From Planctomycetota bacterium (GTDB lineage: Bacteria; Planctomycetota; B15-G4; SIAN01), in contig SIAN01000004.1 in NCBI GenBank assembly GCA_009691715.1, positions 13,101-77,100 of the forward strand: 64,000 bases of DNA, given 5' to 3'. A program made the position numbers and the translations under genes. The first letter of the stretch is position 1. Each line of letters starts with the position of its first letter. The notes beneath the pieces are model-generated. The model was not told the DNA's origin, made no database searches, and was given only the letters and a program-made list of their open reading frames with translations. Below are positions 46,240-54,813 of the stretch, piece by piece.

Positions 46240-47763
46240 TCAGTGACCCGCGCGCGCCACGAAAACCGTCCCGCCCCCCATCGATCCGGGCAGCTCGGCG
46301 ACGACCTCGAAGTCGCGCTGCACCACCTCCCAGACATCAGGTCGCGCGGCCGCGAGCTGTTCGGGCAACGTGTAGACCAGCCAAGTCGTTGCGGCAGCGG
46401 CGCGGATCGCGGCGAGATCGGCCGCCGTGTCGGCCTTCGTCCAACTCGGCGCGTAGTAGTCGGGCAACGCCCGCTTCGCCGGCCCGACCGCAACCCGGGC
46501 GTCGTTCGGCTTCGCGCGCGCCTCGACCAAGTCGCGCGCGCCGACGAAATCCTGCTTCGGGTGGGCATAGACCCGTTCGAGCGAGAGCGAGGATGCCGCC
46601 GCCACCGCGAGCACGACGGCGATCCCCCACAGCTCGGTCCGGCGCACCTTGCAGCCCGGCAGGTTGCACGACAGCCAACCGCCGCTGATGCGCGCGCCGC
46701 GCACGACGACGATCGCCACGAAGCCGGCCTCGAAGAAGAAAAAGCGCGGATAGAGGTGGCGATGGAGCGTGAGCAGGACCGCAAGCGCGAGCGGCGGCGC
46801 CAGCAGGTGCATCAGCACGAAGGCGCGCCGGCCGTTGCGCCAGAGCGAAACCGTGCCGATCAGCGCCAGCACGCCGGCGGCAGCGATGCCGATCAGCGCG
46901 AACGGCGATACGCCGAGGCTTTCGATCATTTGGCGCACGGCCCACAAGGGGCTCGTCCACGGCTCGACCTTGGCAACGGTGACGCTCGCGCCGCTGGCGC
47001 GCGCGGTGAACGCAGCGACCAGATCGCCGGCGAGTGGCGCGTAGAGCAGCAGCGCCAGGGCCGCCGCGCCGCCCATCGCGGCGAGGGCCGTCGCGGTCGC
47101 ACGCGGCAGCGGTGCTGGGGCGCAGTCGACCAAGGGTCGCACCGGTCCCGTCGCCGTCGTCTGCGCCGGCCAGAACCGGAGCCCGGCCCACACAAGCGCG
47201 TGGCCGACGAATGCGAACACCGCCGTCAGGTGGGTGTACGCGGCAAGAGCGGCGAACAGCGCGTAACGCCACGCACCACGGCGCGTCGGCGCCGACAGGA
47301 GGCGCAGGAACTCGCTGGTCGCCAGCACCGTGAACAGCAACATTCCGGTGTAGCCGCGCGCGTTCTGCGAGAACCAGACATGGTGCGCCGAGACCGCGAG
47401 CAGGAGCGCTGCCAGCAGTCCGGTCGTCTCGTCGATCAGTTGCCGCCCGAGTCGGGCGACGGCGAACAACGACGCCACGCCGAAGAGCAGTGCCGGCAGG
47501 CGGACGATCGCCTCGCTCTCGCCGAACGCGACCACTGCCAGACGCGCCAGCACTGAATAGAGCGGGTGCTGGTTCTCGCTGCCGTAGCTAATGACGATCG
47601 TCGCAAGCGGCTGGCGCACGATTGCGACCAGAGTGTCGACCTCATCGATCCAGAACGACGACGACAGGCCGACGAGACGCAGCCCGAGGCCGAGCACGAG
47701 CAGCGCCGCCAAGAGCAGCATCCCGCGCCGACCGAAGCCGGCCGTCGGCGCTGCTTCGGTCAC
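46240..47763 (-). CDS. GT-C family glycosyltransferase (ArnT/PMT, family 39/83-like)
   Basis: It has about 12 TM helices and an N-terminal DE motif region (FWIDEVD), typical of lipid-linked sugar transferases. A GTG start overlaps the stop of the small ORF upstream (GTGA). Confidence 0.7.
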   Translation of the reverse strand: MTEAAPTAGFGRRGMLLLAALLVLGLGLRLVGLSSSFWIDEVDTLVAIVRQPLATIVISYGSENQHPLYSVLARLAVVAFGESEAIVRLPALLFGVASLFAVARLGRQLIDETTGLLAALLLAVSAHHVWFSQNARGYTGMLLFTVLATSEFLRLLSAPTRRGAWRYALFAALAAYTHLTAVFAFVGHALVWAGLRFWPAQTTATGPVRPLVDCAPAPLPRATATALAAMGGAAALALLLYAPLAGDLVAAFTARASGASVTVAKVEPWTSPLWAVRQMIESLGVSPFALIGIAAAGVLALIGTVSLWRNGRRAFVLMHLLAPPLALAVLLTLHRHLYPRFFFFEAGFVAIVVVRGARISGGWLSCNLPGCKVRRTELWGIAVVLAVAAASSLSLERVYAHPKQDFVGARDLVEARAKPNDARVAVGPAKRALPDYYAPSWTKADTAADLAAIRAAAATTWLVYTLPEQLAAARPDVWEVVQRDFEVVAELPGSMGGGTVFVARAGH

Positions 47764-47963
47764 TTGTCGGCGATGTCTTCCGAGCCGTACGGCAGACGCG
47801 TCTGGATGTCGCCGACGTCGAGGTCAAGTTCACCGTCGCCATCACGACGGACCGCCGCGGTCTCCCCTGGCTTGCCCATCGGCAAGGTCGCGTCGAACTG
47901 CGATCCCGGCACGGGCTTGCCCGGCTCGATCTCGCCGGCAGCCTTCTGATCCTTCGCTTCCAT
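47760..47963 (-). CDS. Small acidic protein (67 aa), candidate modified peptide/substrate
   Basis: An AGGGAGAG SD precedes the start, and the ORF is translationally coupled to the GT-C gene. The product is hydrophilic and Asp/Glu/Gly-rich (…DGDGELDLDVGDIQTRLPYGSEDIADK). Confidence 0.4.
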   Translation of the reverse strand: MEAKDQKAAGEIEPGKPVPGSQFDATLPMGKPGETAAVRRDGDGELDLDVGDIQTRLPYGSEDIADK

Positions 47964-48023
47964 CGCGGCGCTCTCCCTGTCAGCACGCAGCCTGTCAGCG
48001 CGAAGCTGAGCCGCGCGCGAAGT

Positions 48024-48239
48024 TCAACGCTCCTGGCCCGTGAACCCTTCCTTCAGCCGATCCGTCGGCGCGATCTCCTCGATCGCGAAGTCGAATCCGT
48101 CCGCTGCCACCGCCGCCGGCAACCCGGTCGCGGCGGCGGTCGGCGCGGAAGGCGACGGCGAACCTGCTGGCGCAACGGTCGAGTCGCGCGACGGTCGAAC
48201 CGCGTCGCCATCCGCCATCGGTCGGTTGTCCATCGTCAT
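48024..48239 (-). CDS. Small Ala/Pro/Ser-rich acidic protein (71 aa), candidate modified peptide/substrate
   Basis: A GGAG SD precedes the start, which is 25 nt after the rSAM stop. The C-terminus DGFDFAIEEIAPTDRLKEGFTGQER loosely resembles the C-terminus of the next small ORF. Confidence 0.35.
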   Translation of the reverse strand: MTMDNRPMADGDAVRPSRDSTVAPAGSPSPSAPTAAATGLPAAVAADGFDFAIEEIAPTDRLKEGFTGQER

Positions 48240-48264
48240 CGTGGCGCTCCGCCTGAAAGGGCCG

Positions 48265-50769
48265 TCAAACCGCCGACGGCTTGCAGTAGAGGTGCATCGT
48301 TTCGGCGACTCGCACCGGATCGGCGGCAGCCGGAGCGACGGTGAGATCGCCCGTCCCGTTCGCCGCCGATGCCGAAGACGCCAACGACGACGCCAACGAC
48401 GACGCCGAAGGCGACGCCGCAGTTCCTCGCGGCCGCTCGCTGACGCCGAACGGTCGCGCCGTGACCAGCCCGCGCACCAACAACTCGCCGAGGAACTTCT
48501 CGACCTTGGGCTGCTGCGCTGCAGTGAAGCCGCCGACGATCTCCGCCACCGTCTTGCGCCCATCGCACGCCTCGAGCAGGCGCGCCGCATCCTTGCCGAC
48601 GTGCAGCAAATCGCTTGAACGCGCGCGGTAGACGGCGAAGTTGCGCGCCGGTGGCGCGGCCGGTACTTGGCTCGACATCTCCTCGAACAGCTTTTCCTTG
48701 AAGTTGCCCGACTGGTAGCGCGGCTTGAGGACGGCGCATTCCGCCTCGTTCAGCTTCTCCGCGATCGTGCGCAGGTCGTAGGGCATCTCGACCAGCCGGT
48801 TGCCATCGGGCAGCCGCAGGCGAGCGGTGGCGAGCTCGGCGGGTGCCGTCTCGGCGACCGTGACCTCGCTCTTGCCGTGCAGGAACGACAGATCCCCGTA
48901 ACGGCAGAGGTAGAGGAAGTAGTGGCTCTTCAGCTCGAAGAGCAGCAGGTTGTCGCCGCGGAAGAGCGGGAACTCCTCGCGCAGCACCTTCATGAAATCG
49001 AAGAAGAGCTCGCGTGCTTCGCGCCGCGACATGCCGCCGTCGACGATCTGCGTCGCGGAGCCGCTGCTGCCGTCCTGGCAGGAGGCGCCGTCGGGATGGC
49101 CGTGGTCGTCGCCGTGGGTCTTGCCGTACTGCTTCACCACCGGCAGCGTCGTGCCGGCGCGCGCCGGAATCCAGTCGTAGTAGACCTGCAGATCCTTCTC
49201 GGGATCGATCAGGATGCGCTCGACGCCGTAGGTCTGCGGGTGCTCGAAGACCTTGCTCAGGTGGTCGACATAGAAGATCCGCAGCGACACCTCGTCGACG
49301 CAGTCCTTGTGCGAACGCAGCCAGGCGAGCGTCTCGAGCGCTTCCTCGCGCGTCTCGGTCGGGAAGCCGATCATCGTGTAGAGCGTGTTGCTGATGCCGA
49401 CCTTGGCGAGCCGGCGCAGGATCCCCTCCGCCTCTTCGATCGCGGTGCCCTTCTCCATCAGGTCGAGCAGGCGTTGCGAGCCACTCTCGAAGCCGAACGC
49501 GATGCGCCGGCAACCGGACGCGTAGAGGTCGCGGCAGAGCTCGTCGGTGAAGAGGTTCTTCTCCAGGCGCGCGTCGGTCCACCACTTGATGGCCAGGTCG
49601 CGCTTCTTCAGTTCGATCGGGAGCTGCTTGAAGACCGGTGGCGGCATGTCCTCGACGACGAAATAGATGACGTCGCTGTTCCAGAGCTTCGTCACCTTCG
49701 CGATGTCGTCCATCACCTTGTCGAGTCGACGCTGGCGGAAGCCGGGGCCGATCACCTTGTACAAGGTGCAGAAGGCGCATTTCTCCCAGTAGCAACCGCG
49801 CGTGATCGCAAGCGGCAGCGCCAGCTTCGGCGAGTAGTAGCGCTCCATCGGCATGCCGTCGAACTCGGGCGTCGGCAGCGAGTCGATCGAGAGCGGGCTC
49901 GCCGGCGCATTGACGACGACCTTGTCGCCGTCCTTCCAGATCGCGTTGCCGACCCCGTCAGCGGGATTCTCCTTGCCGGCCGCGACGTTCTTCGCCAGCT
50001 CGAGCAGCGGCCCTTCGCCTTCGAGCACGATCGCACTGTCGATGGCGGCGAAGACCTTTCCGCTGCGGGTCGCTTTCTCCCCGATGTAAGCGAGCAGTCC
50101 GCCGCCGACGGTCACATGCACGTTCGGCAGCGCCTGCTTAATCATGCGGGCAAGTGCCAAGCCCGGAATCACCTGGCTGGTGTAGGTGAGCGAGATCCCG
50201 ACCAGGTCGGGCTTCATCGCGATGATCTCGGGCAACGCCTTGTCGCGGAAGTATTCGCAGAAGAAGTTGGCCTGCTCGTCGAAGACGGCGGCGAGAACCT
50301 CCGCCTCCTTCTCGATCGACCACGACAGCGTGTAGTTGTGCGGCGTGAGCGAACTCGGGTAGTGCTCGGCCGAGATCAGGCGGAACGCGCGGTCGAGAAG
50401 CTTCACTGCGCGCAGGTAGCGGTCGTAGTCGTAGAACGCCTCGTCGTTGCGCAGCGTGAAGAGCGCCTCGTCGATCCCCTCCACCACCGAGTCGGCCGAA
50501 GCGTGCGCCTCGGCCAGCACGCGGAAGCGGTCCATCTGCGGCAGCGGCAGCGGCCGATCGACCGGGTGCGCGGCGAACGCGGTCGCGACCCGATCGCGCG
50601 CCAGCGCGAGACGCTCCTTGGCCAGGAACCACTCGTGCGCTTCGAGGTTGAGATCGCGCTGGTGGCTGTCGGCGAAACCGTTCGCGCGCAGGAAGGCGAC
50701 CAGTGACGGCAGGGCGAGGTACGGTTGCGTCGGGTGAGCCTGCGGCGGGAAGAGCAGAAGAGTGCGCAA
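48265..50769 (-). CDS. B12-binding-domain radical SAM enzyme with long C-terminal extension (possible PqqD/RRE-like segment)
   Basis: It has an N-terminal B12-binding-like domain (LLLFPPQ...). The rSAM cluster LAITRGCYWEKCAFC is a Cx4Cx2C spacing variant. It is 834 aa long, and the C-terminus contains LLEACDGRKTVAEIVGGF...FLGELLVRGLV. A TTG start follows a GGAGGA SD. Confidence 0.75.
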   Translation of the reverse strand: MRTLLLFPPQAHPTQPYLALPSLVAFLRANGFADSHQRDLNLEAHEWFLAKERLALARDRVATAFAAHPVDRPLPLPQMDRFRVLAEAHASADSVVEGIDEALFTLRNDEAFYDYDRYLRAVKLLDRAFRLISAEHYPSSLTPHNYTLSWSIEKEAEVLAAVFDEQANFFCEYFRDKALPEIIAMKPDLVGISLTYTSQVIPGLALARMIKQALPNVHVTVGGGLLAYIGEKATRSGKVFAAIDSAIVLEGEGPLLELAKNVAAGKENPADGVGNAIWKDGDKVVVNAPASPLSIDSLPTPEFDGMPMERYYSPKLALPLAITRGCYWEKCAFCTLYKVIGPGFRQRRLDKVMDDIAKVTKLWNSDVIYFVVEDMPPPVFKQLPIELKKRDLAIKWWTDARLEKNLFTDELCRDLYASGCRRIAFGFESGSQRLLDLMEKGTAIEEAEGILRRLAKVGISNTLYTMIGFPTETREEALETLAWLRSHKDCVDEVSLRIFYVDHLSKVFEHPQTYGVERILIDPEKDLQVYYDWIPARAGTTLPVVKQYGKTHGDDHGHPDGASCQDGSSGSATQIVDGGMSRREARELFFDFMKVLREEFPLFRGDNLLLFELKSHYFLYLCRYGDLSFLHGKSEVTVAETAPAELATARLRLPDGNRLVEMPYDLRTIAEKLNEAECAVLKPRYQSGNFKEKLFEEMSSQVPAAPPARNFAVYRARSSDLLHVGKDAARLLEACDGRKTVAEIVGGFTAAQQPKVEKFLGELLVRGLVTARPFGVSERPRGTAASPSASSLASSLASSASAANGTGDLTVAPAAADPVRVAETMHLYCKPSAV

Positions 50770-50782
50770 GGATGTTCCTCCG

Positions 50783-51133
50783 TCAGTTTGGCGAGGTGAA
50801 GCTATCGGCCGGCAGCGCCAGAATCACGCTGGCGATCGCACCGCGCGCCTCATGGAGACGGAAACCGCGTGCCGCCAGTTCCCGCTTGGCTTCGCCGCTG
50901 AAGGCGAGCGCGATGACCCAACCGCAGTCGGCGACGAGGTTTGCCAGGGCCAAATAGTCCCGGAACACCCGGCCGGGCGATGCCGGCAACGCGCGCCGAT
51001 CGACGAAGCGGACTTCGTTCCCGTGCCGCTCCCAGACGACGCAGTCGGCGGCGCGATGGAAGCGCTCGTTGACGCCGATGCCGTCGCGCGAGATGACGGC
51101 GATCCGTCGCGAGGGCCGTGCGTCGTGCGACAC
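50783..51133 (-). CDS. NifX/NifB-type (dinitrogenase FeMo-cofactor-binding domain-like) small protein
   Basis: The 116-aa sequence RIAVISRDGIGVNERFHRAADCVVWE...VRFVDRR matches the Nitro_FeMo-Co domain pattern. The GTG start is 2 nt after the upstream stop. Confidence 0.45.
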   Translation of the reverse strand: MSHDARPSRRIAVISRDGIGVNERFHRAADCVVWERHGNEVRFVDRRALPASPGRVFRDYLALANLVADCGWVIALAFSGEAKRELAARGFRLHEARGAIASVILALPADSFTSPN

Positions 51134-51135
51134 CG

Positions 51136-53157
51136 TCAGTAGCCCGCGGCCGGGTCGACGACGGACAGGAGCTGCTCGCCCGCGGCGAAGCGCCGCAAGT
51201 TCTCGCGGTAGAGCAGGAACTGCCGCTCTGCCGCGCTCGCGCTGTCGGCCGCGACGTGCGGGGTGATGACGACCTGCGGGAAGCGCCAGAGCGGGTGGTC
51301 GGGCGGCAGCGGCTCGGGATCGGTCACGTCGAGCGCGGCACCAGCGAGCCGCCCCGACTCGAGCGCGGCGATGAGCGCGGCGGTGTCGACGCACTTCCCG
51401 CGCGCGACGTTGCAGAGCCGAGCGCCCGGCTTGAGCGCGGCGAAGAAGCGCTCGTCGCAGAGCCGCGTCGTCGCGGGGGTGAGCGGCACGCAGATGAAGA
51501 CGATGTCGGCGAGCGGCGCCAGCTCGAGCAGCCGATCGGGCGGCTCGACGCGCTCGACTTCGGAGGAGACGCCGCGACCGGAGGGGGTGGTCGCGATCAC
51601 TCGCGCGCCGAAGGCCGCGGCGCGCCGCGCGATCTCGCGGCCGATGCCGCCGAGGCCAGCGATCAGGACCGTCTTGCCGCGGAGCTCGTCCATGCCCGCG
51701 GGCGCGACGTCGCGCCATTCGTGCGCGCCGCGCTGGTTCTCGCCAAAGGCCGGCAGCCCGCGCATCAGCGCCAGCATCATCCCGAGCGCGTGATCGGCGA
51801 TCTCCGGGCCGTAAAGCCGCTGCGCGTTCGTGAGCGCGACGCGACGCTGCGCGATCGCCGGAATCCCGACGTAGCGCTCGACTCCCGCGGAGCCGACCTG
51901 CGCCCAGCGCAGCATCGTTCCGCGCGCCAGCAGCTCGGCACTGCAGGCACCGATCAGCCCGTCAGCATCGACGACGTGCGCCAGCGCGGCGGCCGGGTCG
52001 ACTGCGGCGACCAGCTCGAGTTCGGGGACGGCAAGGCGCAGCCGCGCGACCAACGCATCATCGCTGTCGACGACCAAGACCTTGCGCGGCGCCTTCCAGC
52101 CGGGCGCTTCGCGCGACGGCGATGGGCCCGGCACGAGGCCGAGCTCTTCAGTGAGCAGCAGTGGCGGTCGGCGCCCGGTGAACTCGCCGAAGACGTGAGC
52201 GACGTTCTCTGCGCGCGAACTCGCCGCGACACCGGTCCATTCCTGGTACCACGGCAGGTCGAGCCCCGACAGGATCCCGCCTTCGTCCTGTCCCGTCGCG
52301 ATGCCGACGGCGACCGCGTCGCGCAGATCGATCAACCAGCGTCGCTGGCGGAGGAGCAGCTCGGGCCCACCCTCCGCGCCGTGCCCCGGACAGACGATCC
52401 GAGGTCGCAGCGCGATCAGCCGGTCGAGCACTGCAATCCAGTTCTCGCTGTCGCTGTCGCCGAGGAAGTTGTGCGCCCCGTTGACACAGAGGTCGCCGGT
52501 GAAGAGCACGCGTTCTTCCGGCAGCCACGCGACGGCGTCGCCGCGAGTGTGGCCGCGGCCGTAGTGCAGGAACTCGACGCGGCGGGCGCCGCTACCGACG
52601 ACCAGTCGCTCGTCGAATCGGAGCGATGCGCCGACGAAGCGGGTGCCGGCGAGCTGCGTGCGCTCGGCCGCGTCGGTCGACTGCTCGATGCGGCGGAACG
52701 CGGCGAGGCCGCGCGTTTCGAGCAATTCGGCGCACCGCGAATGGGCGGCGACCAGTGCGCCGCCGTCGGCGTGGACGGCGTTCCCGAAACTGTGGTCCCA
52801 GTGGTCGTGGGTGTCGAAGACCAGCCGCACCGGCAACGCGCTCCGTTGCGCGATCTCCTCGCGCAGCGCGCGCGCGACCACCGGCATGCTCGCCTCGATC
52901 GCGACGATCTGGTCGTCCTGAAGGACGAAGCCGCTGTTCGCGCCCTCGAACACCGGCGCGATCGACGCCTCGGCGAAGAAGACGCCGGGCGCAACTTCGC
53001 GGACGGTCGGCCGCGAAGTTGCGGCAAGTGGCGCAGTTGGCGCAGCTACCGCGGCAGCGGCAGCCGGCGCGTGCGCAGCCGTCGGATCTGGCAGCGGCCA
53101 GCAGAACGGTGCCGCAGCCAACACCGCGACGATCGCGATCCTCGTGCTCGAAACCAT
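51136..53157 (-). CDS. Fusion protein: secreted metallo-beta-lactamase-fold hydrolase + D-isomer-specific 2-hydroxyacid dehydrogenase (NAD-binding)
   Basis: The N-terminus has a signal peptide (MVSSTRIAIVAVLAAAPFCWPLP) and MBL motifs (VFDTHDHWDHSFGN, CPGHG). The C-terminus has GKTVLIAGLGGIGREIARRAAAFGARVI and ITPHVAADS. The + strand ORF 51118..53226 is Arg-rich antisense junk. Confidence 0.75.
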   Translation of the reverse strand: MVSSTRIAIVAVLAAAPFCWPLPDPTAAHAPAAAAAVAAPTAPLAATSRPTVREVAPGVFFAEASIAPVFEGANSGFVLQDDQIVAIEASMPVVARALREEIAQRSALPVRLVFDTHDHWDHSFGNAVHADGGALVAAHSRCAELLETRGLAAFRRIEQSTDAAERTQLAGTRFVGASLRFDERLVVGSGARRVEFLHYGRGHTRGDAVAWLPEERVLFTGDLCVNGAHNFLGDSDSENWIAVLDRLIALRPRIVCPGHGAEGGPELLLRQRRWLIDLRDAVAVGIATGQDEGGILSGLDLPWYQEWTGVAASSRAENVAHVFGEFTGRRPPLLLTEELGLVPGPSPSREAPGWKAPRKVLVVDSDDALVARLRLAVPELELVAAVDPAAALAHVVDADGLIGACSAELLARGTMLRWAQVGSAGVERYVGIPAIAQRRVALTNAQRLYGPEIADHALGMMLALMRGLPAFGENQRGAHEWRDVAPAGMDELRGKTVLIAGLGGIGREIARRAAAFGARVIATTPSGRGVSSEVERVEPPDRLLELAPLADIVFICVPLTPATTRLCDERFFAALKPGARLCNVARGKCVDTAALIAALESGRLAGAALDVTDPEPLPPDHPLWRFPQVVITPHVAADSASAAERQFLLYRENLRRFAAGEQLLSVVDPAAGY

Positions 53158-53323
53158 GGCCTGCGCGCCTCCTCCGACCCGAACACTCGATCCGTCGCGC
53201 ATCGGCGGCGCAATGAGGTGGGATGAGGGTCGTACTGCGCCGAGCACGTCGCAAAGATTCGCCGGTATCACCCGCAAACGACAGTCGGAGGACCTGCCTG
53301 CGCGCGGCGAAAACCGGGGTCGG

Positions 53324-53400
<77 letters not shown>

Positions 53401-53476
53401 CGTTCCGATCGGGAAGGGCTAAGAAGCTAGGAGCGCTCCGCTCAGGAATCAAGACCGCGGCCAAGCAGACTGGGCT

Positions 53477-53995
53477 TCACGGCAAGTGATTCCGCTCGCC
53501 CACTTGCCACCAGTCGAGCCGCGAATCGCGGCAGAGCGCGTCACGCAGCAGCTTGAGGTCGGCCGCCCAGGTGATCACCGTCCCGGCGATTCGCGGTCGC
53601 AGGACGAACCAGAGCCGCCCCTGGTGCACCGCCTCGATGATCCAGAGCGACGAGGTGCGGCGCCCGGCGATCAGCAGCGTGCGCGCGAGCCGGTCGAGCC
53701 ACTCGAGCGGCTGGCGGGACAACGCGAAGTAGATCGCGGGCGGGGCGGAATGACCGGCGGCGGTAGAGAGCGAGCGCTCGACCACGATGCCACCGGTTGC
53801 CTCGAGCGCCGTGAACAGGCCGACGAGCTCGGGCGACACACTGAGCGATTCGGCTTCGCGAATCTCCCGCACGCGCTCGACCGCCGCCGGATCGCCCTGC
53901 AGTTCGCCGCATAGCCCACACTCCTCGACCAGCAGGCCATAGAGGTGCTGGCGCCGCAGGTCGTGGCTGCCGCATTCGTCGCAGGTCGAAACCAT
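53477..53995 (-). CDS. Hypothetical protein with N-terminal C4 zinc ribbon
   Basis: It contains MVSTCDECGSHDL...CGLCGEL. No family was assigned. Confidence 0.4.
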   Translation of the reverse strand: MVSTCDECGSHDLRRQHLYGLLVEECGLCGELQGDPAAVERVREIREAESLSVSPELVGLFTALEATGGIVVERSLSTAAGHSAPPAIYFALSRQPLEWLDRLARTLLIAGRRTSSLWIIEAVHQGRLWFVLRPRIAGTVITWAADLKLLRDALCRDSRLDWWQVGERNHLP

Positions 53996-54096
53996 CCCGC
54001 CTTGATGCCGGCGGCGCACCGTGCGGTCAAGGGATCGCCGGCGCGCGCGGCGGCATCGCCCCGGTCGCAGGCACGTCGTTCGCTACATTCACCGCG

Positions 54097-54789
54097 ATGA
54101 AAGGGCTCTGGATCCTCGCTGGCCTCGCGGCGGCCGCAGTCGTTCTCGCGGTCTTCCTCATGCGCGACTCGACTGCTGACGTCGAGCGCCTCTACATCGA
54201 CACGGTGCGGGAACGCGCGACGATCCGCGATGCGCTCGAAGAGTGCGGCGACCTCGTGCGCTACTTCAACGAGATCAAGCCGACGGAACGCAAGAAGAGC
54301 GAGCTCGAGACGCTGCGACGGAAGTTCGAGACGCTCGAGCAGGCGGCGAGCTCGGCGCGTGATGACGAGGCGCTGCCGCGTGAGGAGCGCCGGAAGTCGC
54401 TTTCACGGATCGAGGAGGATTTCTGGGAGCTGAAGCGCGACGCCGAGGATCTGCGCGCACGGCTGACGGAGATGAAGAACTACGAGGCGGCGCTGCGCCC
54501 GGCGATCGCGCGACTTGGCGAGCTGACCCAGAAGCTGCTGGCCGTGCAGTCGGGCGCGCCACCCGACTTCCAGCAGCGGTCGAGCCACTTGATCGAAGAG
54601 GGCCGCAAGTACCGCAGCCTCGCCGAGAACGCGCTGCGAACGCTGTCGGTCAAGATCGGCGAAGGGCGGACGATCGGGGTCGCGGCCCTGAAGGAGCTCG
54701 ACGCGGTCCTCGGCAACATGGCCGAACTGCTTGCGACTCGCGAAGCGAAGGCAGAGCCGGAGGCGACCGGAGCGCGCGGCGGCGACTGA
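54097..54789 (+). CDS. Membrane-anchored coiled-coil hypothetical protein
   Basis: It has an N-terminal TM helix (LWILAGLAAAAVVLAVFL) followed by Glu/Arg/Lys-rich helices. Confidence 0.5.
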   Translation: MKGLWILAGLAAAAVVLAVFLMRDSTADVERLYIDTVRERATIRDALEECGDLVRYFNEIKPTERKKSELETLRRKFETLEQAASSARDDEALPREERRKSLSRIEEDFWELKRDAEDLRARLTEMKNYEAALRPAIARLGELTQKLLAVQSGAPPDFQQRSSHLIEEGRKYRSLAENALRTLSVKIGEGRTIGVAALKELDAVLGNMAELLATREAKAEPEATGARGGD

Positions 54790-54813
54790 CGGCGGCGACG
54801 GGCGACCGCCGCG

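Noticed and set aside
51118-53226. 702-aa + strand ORF antisense to the MBL/2-hydroxyacid dehydrogenase fusion
   Set aside because: It has no domains and is Arg/Asp/Ala-rich. The minus-strand frame has HxHxDH and GxGxxG motifs.
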